This document shows positions 36,669-44,999 of a stretch of DNA of 64,000 nucleotides, piece after piece. The DNA is from a virus. Taxonomy: Duplodnaviria; Caudoviricetes. The stretch covers positions 1-64,000 of IMG/VR virus record IMGVR_UViG_3300017585_000161; one strand, given 5' to 3'. How positions within the stretch are numbered: the first letter of the stretch is position 1; every line of letters starts with the position of its first letter. The position numbers and the translations under genes are program-made. The notes under the pieces are model-generated. The model saw only the letters and a program-made list of their open reading frames with translations. It was not told where the DNA came from and made no database searches.

Positions 36669-37904
36669 ATGTTGAACATGACAAATACTGATTGTATGTC
36701 TTACACTTCGGATGAGCTGAGGAGCGCTCTCCTCTCAAAGGTCTTTGAGGTCTATGACGTGTTCAAGGATTTCTTTGGGGAGGCTTACGTTGACCTGCAG
36801 AACTTGCCGTCCGACAGTGTCATAGCCGGCGTTTACAGCAGCCACAGGCAAGGCTCTAACTTTGTCTTTGACAGCGCTCCTGACCCTGCAGAGCTTGTCT
36901 GTCCTGACCCTTTCATCCTCGTGTGGTGGCCTCTGGTCACCGTCTCCAACGAGCATGGCAGGTCTGTTGACATTCAGGATCTGTTCGCGAAGGTGCCTGT
37001 CACGTTCTCAGGCATGATGCCTGACAGTGCAGACAGTTTCTGGCTCAACCGCAGCACTTATCCCATGGACCAGTATAGCAGCGACTACATGCACAGCCAT
37101 GTCAGGAGTATTCCGAGTAATCCTGAGGTATTTCAGAGACCTTGCCTGGGCAGGGGACCTATAAACAACACTATCGCGTCCCTGCACAGGTCTTCAGACC
37201 CTCTGCTGTGGTCTCTGTTCTGCCAGGAGCTGTCCATGTACGTCACTGTTGAGTCCCTTGAGGGCATACCTTATAAGAGGCTGGAAAGCATAGGGAAAGG
37301 CAGCAAGTCTGAAGGGGCGCTTATGTTTACTACATATTCGAGAAGCCAAAACAAGCTGTGCAACTGCCGAAAGGACTTCATCTCATGGTACTTGAGACAC
37401 GGGCATCTGAAGTTCCGCTTCTCTGAGGGCTCCTTCTCGCTTGGAATGACTCCCTATGACTTCTATGTGGACATCAGTAACGCCTTCATCAGTTGGTATA
37501 ACGCGCAAAGCGAAGAGTATCTTGGTCCCCGCCTTATGGTTAATGAGCTGTTTTACAGAGGCATCATTGATAAGAAGCTGCTCAAGGACGGAGGCATCTA
37601 CTCTCCCGATTCGCCTTATAGCTCGGCTTCTCTTGACAGTGTGGGAAAGCATGTATGCTGGTTTAAGGGGCGGGACATCCGCTTGAAAATACTTGACCCT
37701 GACAGCAGTGAGGCTGACGCCAACTTGTCTGTCATCCTCGCTCCTGACGTGGCTTCGGTCATTCTTCAGTCTATTCTTAAAATACTTAACTTCAGATACA
37801 AAAATGGAAACAGCAAAAACAATGAAAACAGAGGCGGAAACACCGCAGCGGCTGGTGGAGCAGCGTCCGCTGCCTCCCCTCATAAAAATGCCAGATACTT
37901 TTAG
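36669..37904 (+). CDS. putative prokaryotic E2 (UBC-fold) protein
   Basis: YMHSHV(142-144)...PCLG(C159) mirrors the E2 HPN...CL active-site pattern. Confidence 0.55.
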   Translation: MLNMTNTDCMSYTSDELRSALLSKVFEVYDVFKDFFGEAYVDLQNLPSDSVIAGVYSSHRQGSNFVFDSAPDPAELVCPDPFILVWWPLVTVSNEHGRSVDIQDLFAKVPVTFSGMMPDSADSFWLNRSTYPMDQYSSDYMHSHVRSIPSNPEVFQRPCLGRGPINNTIASLHRSSDPLLWSLFCQELSMYVTVESLEGIPYKRLESIGKGSKSEGALMFTTYSRSQNKLCNCRKDFISWYLRHGHLKFRFSEGSFSLGMTPYDFYVDISNAFISWYNAQSEEYLGPRLMVNELFYRGIIDKKLLKDGGIYSPDSPYSSASLDSVGKHVCWFKGRDIRLKILDPDSSEADANLSVILAPDVASVILQSILKILNFRYKNGNSKNNENRGGNTAAAGGAASAASPHKNARYF

Positions 37905-39018
37905 GCTCGTCATCCCTGAGGGCATGGAACGCAAGATAAGGTACCTGCAAGCCAAATACCCTGACACTGAGTGGTCGGGAGTGCTCTTCTACACCTGCGC
38001 GGGCTCCTTTGAGACTAAAGACTTCACTGTTACCTGTGCCGACATCTATCCCATGGACTTGGGCAACTCCACATACACAGAGTTCAAGAATACCCCTGAC
38101 GTGGCGGCGTACATGGCTGAGGACATGGAGCTTTTTGACTGCAACATCGGACTGGTTCATTCGCACCACTCCATGCCCGCGTTCTTCAGCGGCACTGACA
38201 AGGGCACTCTTCAGTCTGAGGGCAATGACACCTGCAACTTCGTCTCCCTCATAGTGAACAACGAGGGCACATATACCGCAGCTGTCACAAGGAAAGTCTC
38301 TGTCTCAAGCGATGTCTCCGAATGGTGCTCCTATGGCTTCTTCGGCTCTGACCTCCCTGTGTCCTATAATAGGAAGTACTCCACGGAGAAGGAGACCCGC
38401 ATAGAGTATTTCATGCTTGATGTCGAGAAGCCTGACATCCCAAACCCCTTCTCTTATATAGATGAAAGGTTTAACGAGATTGTGAAAAACAAAGAGGCTA
38501 AGGCTGTTAAGGCTTCAAGACATAAGCATGAAACCGAGTGGAACAGGAATAACAGTATTCCCGTCCCCTCTCCGCTTTCCCCTCTCCCCTCCGCCGTGTC
38601 TCCCTGCCAAAGTTCCGCCGTCTCGGAGCCTTGCCTGTTCTCTGAAGAGGAGATGGGCGCCCTGCCGCAGCCTGACCCCAATGTCATACATGACGTTGTG
38701 GCGAAAATTCTCCTGTGCTCCCTCATAGTCAACACTGACAAGATTGACCTTGACCTTTGGGTGAAAAAGCACATGGTGAGGGTTTATGACAAGGAGTTCG
38801 GAGGCTCTGACATGCTGAAGTTCGTTGAGTACAGGGACTGGGCGGTGGGCTACGTCCTTGACTACTATGAGGACACATGGCTGTCCCCTGACGCTATGGA
38901 TGACACCACGTACATGTACGCCATATACGAGGCCATCATTAGCGTGCTTTCTGACTACCAGAGCGCGGACAACAAGTACATTGACAGCTTCATTGAGGCT
39001 TTCTCCGCGTGCCTTTAA
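37804..39018 (+). CDS. JAB/MPN+ metallopeptidase
   Basis: E56 (EWSG) and HSHHSMPAFFSGTD, i.e. the HxH-x7-SxxD JAMM motif; start moved to ATG 37804. Confidence 0.85.
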   Translation: METAKTMKTEAETPQRLVEQRPLPPLIKMPDTFRLVIPEGMERKIRYLQAKYPDTEWSGVLFYTCAGSFETKDFTVTCADIYPMDLGNSTYTEFKNTPDVAAYMAEDMELFDCNIGLVHSHHSMPAFFSGTDKGTLQSEGNDTCNFVSLIVNNEGTYTAAVTRKVSVSSDVSEWCSYGFFGSDLPVSYNRKYSTEKETRIEYFMLDVEKPDIPNPFSYIDERFNEIVKNKEAKAVKASRHKHETEWNRNNSIPVPSPLSPLPSAVSPCQSSAVSEPCLFSEEEMGALPQPDPNVIHDVVAKILLCSLIVNTDKIDLDLWVKKHMVRVYDKEFGGSDMLKFVEYRDWAVGYVLDYYEDTWLSPDAMDDTTYMYAIYEAIISVLSDYQSADNKYIDSFIEAFSACL

Positions 39019-39054
39019 GGGAATGTTCCCGCAAAACTTATAAAAACTGACAAA

Positions 39055-40380
39055 ATGAATAACCCTTTGGATGACATGATAAGGTCGGCGGGATACAGTC
39101 CCGCTGACTTCTCTCCTTATTCTTCCCAGCACTCTTCTCATCATTCCTCTCCCCGCATTGCCGCAACAGCTGACCCTATTGCCATACGCCGGCGCCTGTC
39201 TCAGCCAAACACTGTCTATGCCGCCGTGGAGGAGCAGCATGACAGCCCTGACCCTATAGCGGTGGCGATGCCTGACGTGGTAGAGGTGACGGACATGGCT
39301 GACGATGCTATAATAGATGAGGTTACGGCTGAAAACTCTGCTTTAAACGAAACACCTGAAACCTCTGCTAATGAGAGTGTTGCAGATAATGGCTCTACTG
39401 AAACTTCAGATGAGTTCACAGACAATGACTGGAACAGCATCCTTGAGGACGCAGGCTTCTCTTCTGACTCCCCAGTGCAGGAGGTGGCAGCTTCTTCAGA
39501 GGAAAACACGGACGGACAGAATGGGGAGGAAAGCGAAGAGGAGGAAGAGACCGAAAATGAGGATGATGGGGACGAGGACGAAGATGAGGACGAAGAGGAA
39601 GAGGATGGAAATACTGAAGACTCAAACCCTGCTTCCTATCATATTCCTGAGAACTCCCCCACCCTGCTCATTGACGACTCCACAAGCCGCTTCTCAGGGA
39701 CAGAGTGGTATGACGAGATAAGGAAGTCTGTCGTCATCATCGCGGGAACAGGAGGCATAGGCTCCAACCTGGCTTTCCAGATAGCGAGGATGCATCCCGC
39801 AACCCTTGTCCTCTATGACGATGACAGGGTGGAGACGAGCAACATGTCAGGGCAGCTTTTCTCAAGGGATGACATCGACAGGTACAAGGTCTTCGCCGTG
39901 GCTGACATGATAGGGAAATACACTACAATGACCAACGCCTTCGCCGTTAACACCAAGTTCACCTCTCGGTCCGAGGCCGGCGACATCATGATGTGCGGCT
40001 TTGACTCCATGTCAGCGAGAGACATCTTCTTCAGCTCATGGAGAAAGCATGTTGAGATGAAGCCTTTTAACGAGCGCCGTAAGTGCCTCTTCCTTGACGG
40101 CAGGCTCTCCATTGACACCCTGCAAGTGCTTGCCATGACCGGGGATGATGACTACAGCATCAACAGGTACAGGCGTGAGTTCCTCTTCTCTGACCATGAG
40201 GCTGAGAGTACGGTATGCTCCCTCAAGCAGACCACTTACCTCGCCTGCATGATAGCCTCCGTGATGACCAACCTCTTCACCAACTTCATAGCTGACTCTC
40301 TCAATCCGGAAATTCCGTATGACCTGCCTTTCTTCACTGAGTACAACGCTCAGAACATGTTGTTCAAAACCGAGGTCTGA
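39055..40380 (+). CDS. E1/ThiF-family adenylyltransferase with an acidic N-terminal extension
   Basis: GTGGIGS, DDDRVETSNMSGQ, CGFDSMSAR, LDGRL; candidate catalytic C388 (TVCS). Confidence 0.9.
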   Translation: MNNPLDDMIRSAGYSPADFSPYSSQHSSHHSSPRIAATADPIAIRRRLSQPNTVYAAVEEQHDSPDPIAVAMPDVVEVTDMADDAIIDEVTAENSALNETPETSANESVADNGSTETSDEFTDNDWNSILEDAGFSSDSPVQEVAASSEENTDGQNGEESEEEEETENEDDGDEDEDEDEEEEDGNTEDSNPASYHIPENSPTLLIDDSTSRFSGTEWYDEIRKSVVIIAGTGGIGSNLAFQIARMHPATLVLYDDDRVETSNMSGQLFSRDDIDRYKVFAVADMIGKYTTMTNAFAVNTKFTSRSEAGDIMMCGFDSMSARDIFFSSWRKHVEMKPFNERRKCLFLDGRLSIDTLQVLAMTGDDDYSINRYRREFLFSDHEAESTVCSLKQTTYLACMIASVMTNLFTNFIADSLNPEIPYDLPFFTEYNAQNMLFKTEV

Positions 40381-41159
40381 TGGATATAGGATATTGTTTG
40401 AGGGACATGTACAGTAACACGCCAAGCGGCGCGATGGGCGTCTCAATCTCTATGTATGACGGAGCGCTGTCTCGTTGCATGGTGATTGATGTCAGCCAGC
40501 CTGTGTTCGAGGTTCCTCTCTTCGTCATGCCCATGTTCTGTCCGCGTATGCAGGACTTGTTTGACAATAATTTCACAGTCGTAGTCCCGCTGATACATTC
40601 TTTAAGAAGTCCGTCCTACAAGAGCGTTCCCTGCGCTATTGCCAAAGAGGTCTTCAGCTGCTCCCACTATGACAGTGACAAGCTGTGGAGGATAAAGCTG
40701 CCAGCTCCCAATGAGGAAGTCGTTTACTATGGCTCAAGAGGAGTCGTGTTCAATGAGTCCCTGAAGCCTATGGCTATCTGCTCGTGGAGAATGTCAAAAA
40801 CTGATGTGGCTTCGCCTGACAGTCCTGTAAAGCATATAGTCAGCATTGAGAGGCCTGTGCTCCGCATATCCCCTGAGTGCTACCTCGCTAAGGCTGACCC
40901 TGTGCAGAGCTTCATCAACAACAAGATGCTCAAGACTCTGCTCGCTGATCCCGTAAGAGCGCCATGGAGCTACAGTTTCCACGGACAGCCGTCATGCGAG
41001 GTTCTTCATTGTGGTGACATGTTCAGGGTGCAGGTCATCATCGAGGACTGGCCCTATCTCATAGAGAGCCCTTCCCCTCCCTCGGTGTCTGTCACGCAGC
41101 AAGACCTTGTGGACACCGTGCTGGACAACATTGACGACCTTGACCAAATGCTTCCCTGA
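40380..41159 (+). CDS. hypothetical protein coupled to E1
   Basis: Start codon overlaps the E1 stop by one base; 259 aa. Confidence 0.7.
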   Translation: MDIGYCLRDMYSNTPSGAMGVSISMYDGALSRCMVIDVSQPVFEVPLFVMPMFCPRMQDLFDNNFTVVVPLIHSLRSPSYKSVPCAIAKEVFSCSHYDSDKLWRIKLPAPNEEVVYYGSRGVVFNESLKPMAICSWRMSKTDVASPDSPVKHIVSIERPVLRISPECYLAKADPVQSFINNKMLKTLLADPVRAPWSYSFHGQPSCEVLHCGDMFRVQVIIEDWPYLIESPSPPSVSVTQQDLVDTVLDNIDDLDQMLP

Positions 41160-41166
41160 CGTAGTA

Positions 41167-41850
41167 ATGAGCATACAAGAGTATTTCGGAGACTGGCGGC
41201 ATGTCCTTGACCTGCCCCTCGCTGACAGCATCGTCAGGAAATTGGCTTCTATGAGGCAGCCCCTATGCCCCGACGTCAAAGATGTCTTCAGGGCTTTCAC
41301 TTTGTGCGGCCTTGAGAGCTTGAGGGTTGTCATCATAGGCCAGGACCCTTACTGTGACTGGTCTGAAGGGTGTCCGACAGCTACTGGCGTAGCTTTCGCC
41401 AACGCTAAGGACACTCGTGAGGAAAGCTACTCTCCGTCCTTAAAAGTTCTAATGGAGTCAGTAATTGACTTTTCTGTCCCTCATAATCATGTTAACTTTG
41501 ACCCCAGTTTGGAGAAGTGGGAGGCGCAGGGGGCGCTGATGCTTAACTCAGCGCTCTCCTGTGCCAAAGGCCAGCCAGGGTCTCACGCCCTTTTATGGAG
41601 GCCTTTCGTCACTTCTTTCCTGAGAAAGCTGTCCGGCTTCAAGCCAGGTGTCGTGTATGTCCTCATGGGCAGCGTGGCGCGGTCTTTGGAGCGGCATATA
41701 GACAAGAGGTTCAGCTTCGTCTTTTCCGTCCCTCATCCCGCGTGGTACGCAAGGCAGGGAAAGAAGATGCCCTCCTCTCTCTGGCTGGACATTAACAGGA
41801 TACTCATAGGGCAGAACGGATATGGAATAGAATGGTATGAAGAGCGCTGA
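41167..41850 (+). CDS. ung: uracil-DNA glycosylase (family 1)
   Basis: VVIIGQDPY, ALMLNSAL, VLMG, HPA motifs. Confidence 0.9.
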   Translation: MSIQEYFGDWRHVLDLPLADSIVRKLASMRQPLCPDVKDVFRAFTLCGLESLRVVIIGQDPYCDWSEGCPTATGVAFANAKDTREESYSPSLKVLMESVIDFSVPHNHVNFDPSLEKWEAQGALMLNSALSCAKGQPGSHALLWRPFVTSFLRKLSGFKPGVVYVLMGSVARSLERHIDKRFSFVFSVPHPAWYARQGKKMPSSLWLDINRILIGQNGYGIEWYEER

Positions 41851-42277
41851 GAACAAGAAAATCAAGAACGCCACTCCTTTGGAGTATGACGGCATACGCT
41901 TCAAGTCAAAACTTGAGGTCATGGCCTACAAGACTCTCAGGGAGCATGGCTTCCCCGTGATGTACGAGCCTGTGAAGTTTGTCATCTGGGACGGGTTCAA
42001 GCCCACTGTCCCCTTTTATGACAAGGACAATGGAACAAGGCTGCTCAAGCCTAACGCGAAGAAGCTCATTAACGTCACTTACACTCCTGACCTTATGTTC
42101 CCCTATAAGGGGAAGAACATAATAATGGAGCTAAAGGGATTCGAGAACGACAGCTACCCCCTGAAGAAAAAACTCTTCAGGGCTTATCTTGAGCGGCATT
42201 GCTCCAACAGCCTGTACTTTGAGATTTTCTCAAAGAAACAGCTCTTGCAGGCGATAGAGATAATAAAGAACTTATAA
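41837..42277 (+). CDS. PD-(D/E)xK endonuclease (DUF1064-like)
   Basis: YDGIRFKSKLE, YTPDL, IMELKG motifs. Confidence 0.8.
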   Translation: MKSAENKKIKNATPLEYDGIRFKSKLEVMAYKTLREHGFPVMYEPVKFVIWDGFKPTVPFYDKDNGTRLLKPNAKKLINVTYTPDLMFPYKGKNIIMELKGFENDSYPLKKKLFRAYLERHCSNSLYFEIFSKKQLLQAIEIIKNL

Positions 42278-42286
42278 ACATTAATT

Positions 42287-43351
42287 ATGGACAAGACATT
42301 AGACCAGATAGCGTGGAACGTCTCGGAGCCTGAGTACAGGGCTGACCCCGCGCTCTCCTACTCCACTCTCGCCAAGTTTGAGAGGGAGGGCTTTGACAAC
42401 CTCGGCACTCTGTTCGCCCATGTTGACACTCCCTCCCTGCTGCTTGGAAGCATGGTGGACACCCTTGTTACAGGCAGCAGAGAGGAGTTTGACAGCCTTT
42501 ACTATGTGGCTGACATTCCTCCTATAGGCGAGAAGGAGCAGCAGGCGGCGAAAGGCCTTTACCAGAAATGGGGGCACATGTTCTTCCAGTTCGACGCCAT
42601 CCCCTCGGAGCAGGTGCTTGAGGCTGCCAACATCGTAGGCTTCTATCCCCATTGGAGGGATGACACAAGAGTCAGGGTCTTGAGGGAAAGGTGTCCCATA
42701 TACTATAACACCATACATTTGGCGAAAGGCAAGAGGGTTGTGGACACCGGCACTTACAACACCGCCCTCAGCATGGTGAAGGCTCTGCGCGAGAGTCCCG
42801 CCACAAGCGGGTACTTCGCTGACAACCAGCCTGGCTCCCCTGTGCAGAGGTACTACCAGCTCAAGTTCAAGTTCTCCCATGACGGGGTGGACTACCGCAG
42901 CATGGCTGACCTCCTTGTCTGCCTGTATGACGAGAAGCGCGTGATACCATGCGACCTGAAGACAAGCTCCCATTCGGAGTGGAACTTTCAGGACAGCTTC
43001 CTGCAATGGGGTTATATGATACAGTCGCGTCTGTATTGGAGGAACATTCGCGCCAATATGGACAAAGACCCTTACTTCAAGGACTTCACTCTTGACGACT
43101 ACCATTTTATAGTTGTCAACAGGAAGACCCTTACCCCTCTCGTGTGGAGGTTCCCCTATACCAAAGTCTCTGGCGTTCTCATCGACGGCAAGGGCAACAG
43201 GTACAGGGACCCCTTTGATATTGGGAAGGAGCTTTGCGGCTACCTCTATGACAGGCCGAGAGTCCCTAACGGGATTGACCCCTGTGGAGTGAACGCCATA
43301 ACGGCTCTCCATCCTTTGAATGATGACAATACATCGAATGAAAATGCTTAA
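42287..43351 (+). CDS. PD-(D/E)xK exonuclease (exonuclease VIII-like)
   Basis: YRADPALSYS, LGSMVD, RSMADLL, PCDLKTS, WGYMIQSRLY motifs. Confidence 0.8.
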   Translation: MDKTLDQIAWNVSEPEYRADPALSYSTLAKFEREGFDNLGTLFAHVDTPSLLLGSMVDTLVTGSREEFDSLYYVADIPPIGEKEQQAAKGLYQKWGHMFFQFDAIPSEQVLEAANIVGFYPHWRDDTRVRVLRERCPIYYNTIHLAKGKRVVDTGTYNTALSMVKALRESPATSGYFADNQPGSPVQRYYQLKFKFSHDGVDYRSMADLLVCLYDEKRVIPCDLKTSSHSEWNFQDSFLQWGYMIQSRLYWRNIRANMDKDPYFKDFTLDDYHFIVVNRKTLTPLVWRFPYTKVSGVLIDGKGNRYRDPFDIGKELCGYLYDRPRVPNGIDPCGVNAITALHPLNDDNTSNENA

Positions 43352-43838
43352 CGAGGATTTTTTCAGTTCTGAGGACAAGCAGGTTCTCAAGCTCAAGAGA
43401 ACCATAGCGGCGTTCAAGAAGTACGACGCCGAGCGGAAAAGGTACATCCAGAGGCTCCAGTGGGAGATGGAGGACATCAGCGAGCGCTACTGCCGGCTGA
43501 AAGCCTCTGTCCCTAAAGACATTCAGGAGCTGGATGACAAGTACAGGCAGAAAATCAAGAACCTCAAGGCCAACATGGCGGGACAGGCAAGGAAAATCGA
43601 GAAGCTGGACAAGACCATCCGCCTCATGCAGGACCCCGGCGCTCTCGCCAGGGCCGAGGAGGTTCTCAAAAGCTATGACCTGGTTCAGCTCAAGCAGGAG
43701 AACGAGGCTCTTGAGAGGCAGGTGGCCAACCTCCGCAAGACCAACAACGAGCTTATCTGCAAGTTAATCAGCCTTGAGAAGGCTGCTGACAATAATAAGA
43801 CAAAAGCAAATGACAATGAGAATCAAAACGCTGGTTAA
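43344..43838 (+). CDS. hypothetical coiled-coil protein
   Basis: Continuous heptad pattern; start uncertain (43338 or 43344). Confidence 0.7.
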   Translation: MLNEDFFSSEDKQVLKLKRTIAAFKKYDAERKRYIQRLQWEMEDISERYCRLKASVPKDIQELDDKYRQKIKNLKANMAGQARKIEKLDKTIRLMQDPGALARAEEVLKSYDLVQLKQENEALERQVANLRKTNNELICKLISLEKAADNNKTKANDNENQNAG

Positions 43839-44352
43839 AAGCAGCGTCTGTCTTCCTGAGGTCATAGACAAAGGGGACTGGATTGACCTTTCGGCGCAGT
43901 GGGAGACCTCCTTCAAGGCTCCCTACGCCAAGTGCCTGCACAAGAAGAGGAACGCCGAGACTGAAGCCACTGACCGCTTCAGGGAGGTCTTGTTCGATTA
44001 CAAGGTGATACCTCTCGGAGTGGCTGTGCAGCTTCCTGACGGCTTCGAGGCTGTCATAGCACCGAGAAGCTCCCTCTTCAAGAAAACGGGGCTGCTTCAG
44101 GCTAACTCCGTAGGGGTCATAGACAACAGCTACAGCGGAGACAATGACGTGTGGGGCTTCCCCGCCGTGGCCACAAGAGCCATCACTGTTCCTGAAGGCA
44201 CAAGGATATGCCAGTTCAGGATACAGCTCTCGCAGAAGGCTACCTTCTGGCAGAAGCTCAAGTGGCTCTTCAGTTCCAAAATCAGGATTGAGCAGGTTTC
44301 AAGCCTCGGCAATCCTGACAGGAAAGGGTTTGGCGAGGGCACAGGGAAATAA
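43810..44352 (+). CDS. dut: dUTPase
   Basis: GDWIDL, IAPRSS, GVIDNSYSGD, RICQFRI, RKGFGEG motifs. Confidence 0.92.
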   Translation: MTMRIKTLVKSSVCLPEVIDKGDWIDLSAQWETSFKAPYAKCLHKKRNAETEATDRFREVLFDYKVIPLGVAVQLPDGFEAVIAPRSSLFKKTGLLQANSVGVIDNSYSGDNDVWGFPAVATRAITVPEGTRICQFRIQLSQKATFWQKLKWLFSSKIRIEQVSSLGNPDRKGFGEGTGK

Positions 44353-44409
44353 CCCTGCCCTCCCCTTTCCTACAGCTTAACTGCATTTTAACCTTTAATT
44401 ATAAGTATA

Positions 44410-44850
44410 ATGATTGACAAACTAAGAAAACTCCTTTTCGGGAGGCCTGAAGCCCTGCCTTTCAGCCAAAGCATGGATTTGACGGGGCTTCCCATAGTGA
44501 CCCTGTGCCAGGGGGACAAGCGGTTCAACTTCCTCCTTGACACTGGCTCCAACAACAACATCATCCACAGCGCCGTGCTTGACAGCATACAGCACACCAT
44601 GACCTGCAAGTGCTCTGACGTCTTCGGCATGGAGGGGCAGACCAAGCTGGCGAGGTTCTGTGACATAACTCTCTCGTACAAAGGCAACAGCTTTGAGTAT
44701 GAGTACCTCATCTGTGACATGGAAGGCGCCTTCGGCAAAATCAAGGCGGAGTCGGGGATTACCCTGCACGGTCTGTTAGGCTCACACTTCTTCCGTGAGT
44801 TCAGGTATGTCATAGACTTCAATGAGTGTATAGCCTATTCAAAGAAATGA
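44410..44850 (+). CDS. retropepsin-like aspartic protease
   Basis: FLLDTGS catalytic motif and HGLLGS. Confidence 0.85.
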   Translation: MIDKLRKLLFGRPEALPFSQSMDLTGLPIVTLCQGDKRFNFLLDTGSNNNIIHSAVLDSIQHTMTCKCSDVFGMEGQTKLARFCDITLSYKGNSFEYEYLICDMEGAFGKIKAESGITLHGLLGSHFFREFRYVIDFNECIAYSKK

Positions 44851-44999
44851 GCATGAACGGTTTGAAATCAATGTTCCGTTCTGTCTTTCTGCAACTTTCC
44901 AAGTTGACGGTCATCCTCTGCGCCGTGGTGGTCGCTACGGCGCTGGTGTCCGCCGCGATAGCCTTGCTTATGGTAATCCTCTCAATCCTGCTCGCATGA
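44847..44999 (+). CDS. 50-aa single-pass membrane peptide
   Basis: ATGA overlaps with both the protease stop and the PolA start; hydrophobic C-terminal half. Confidence 0.5.
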   Translation: MSMNGLKSMFRSVFLQLSKLTVILCAVVVATALVSAAIALLMVILSILLA

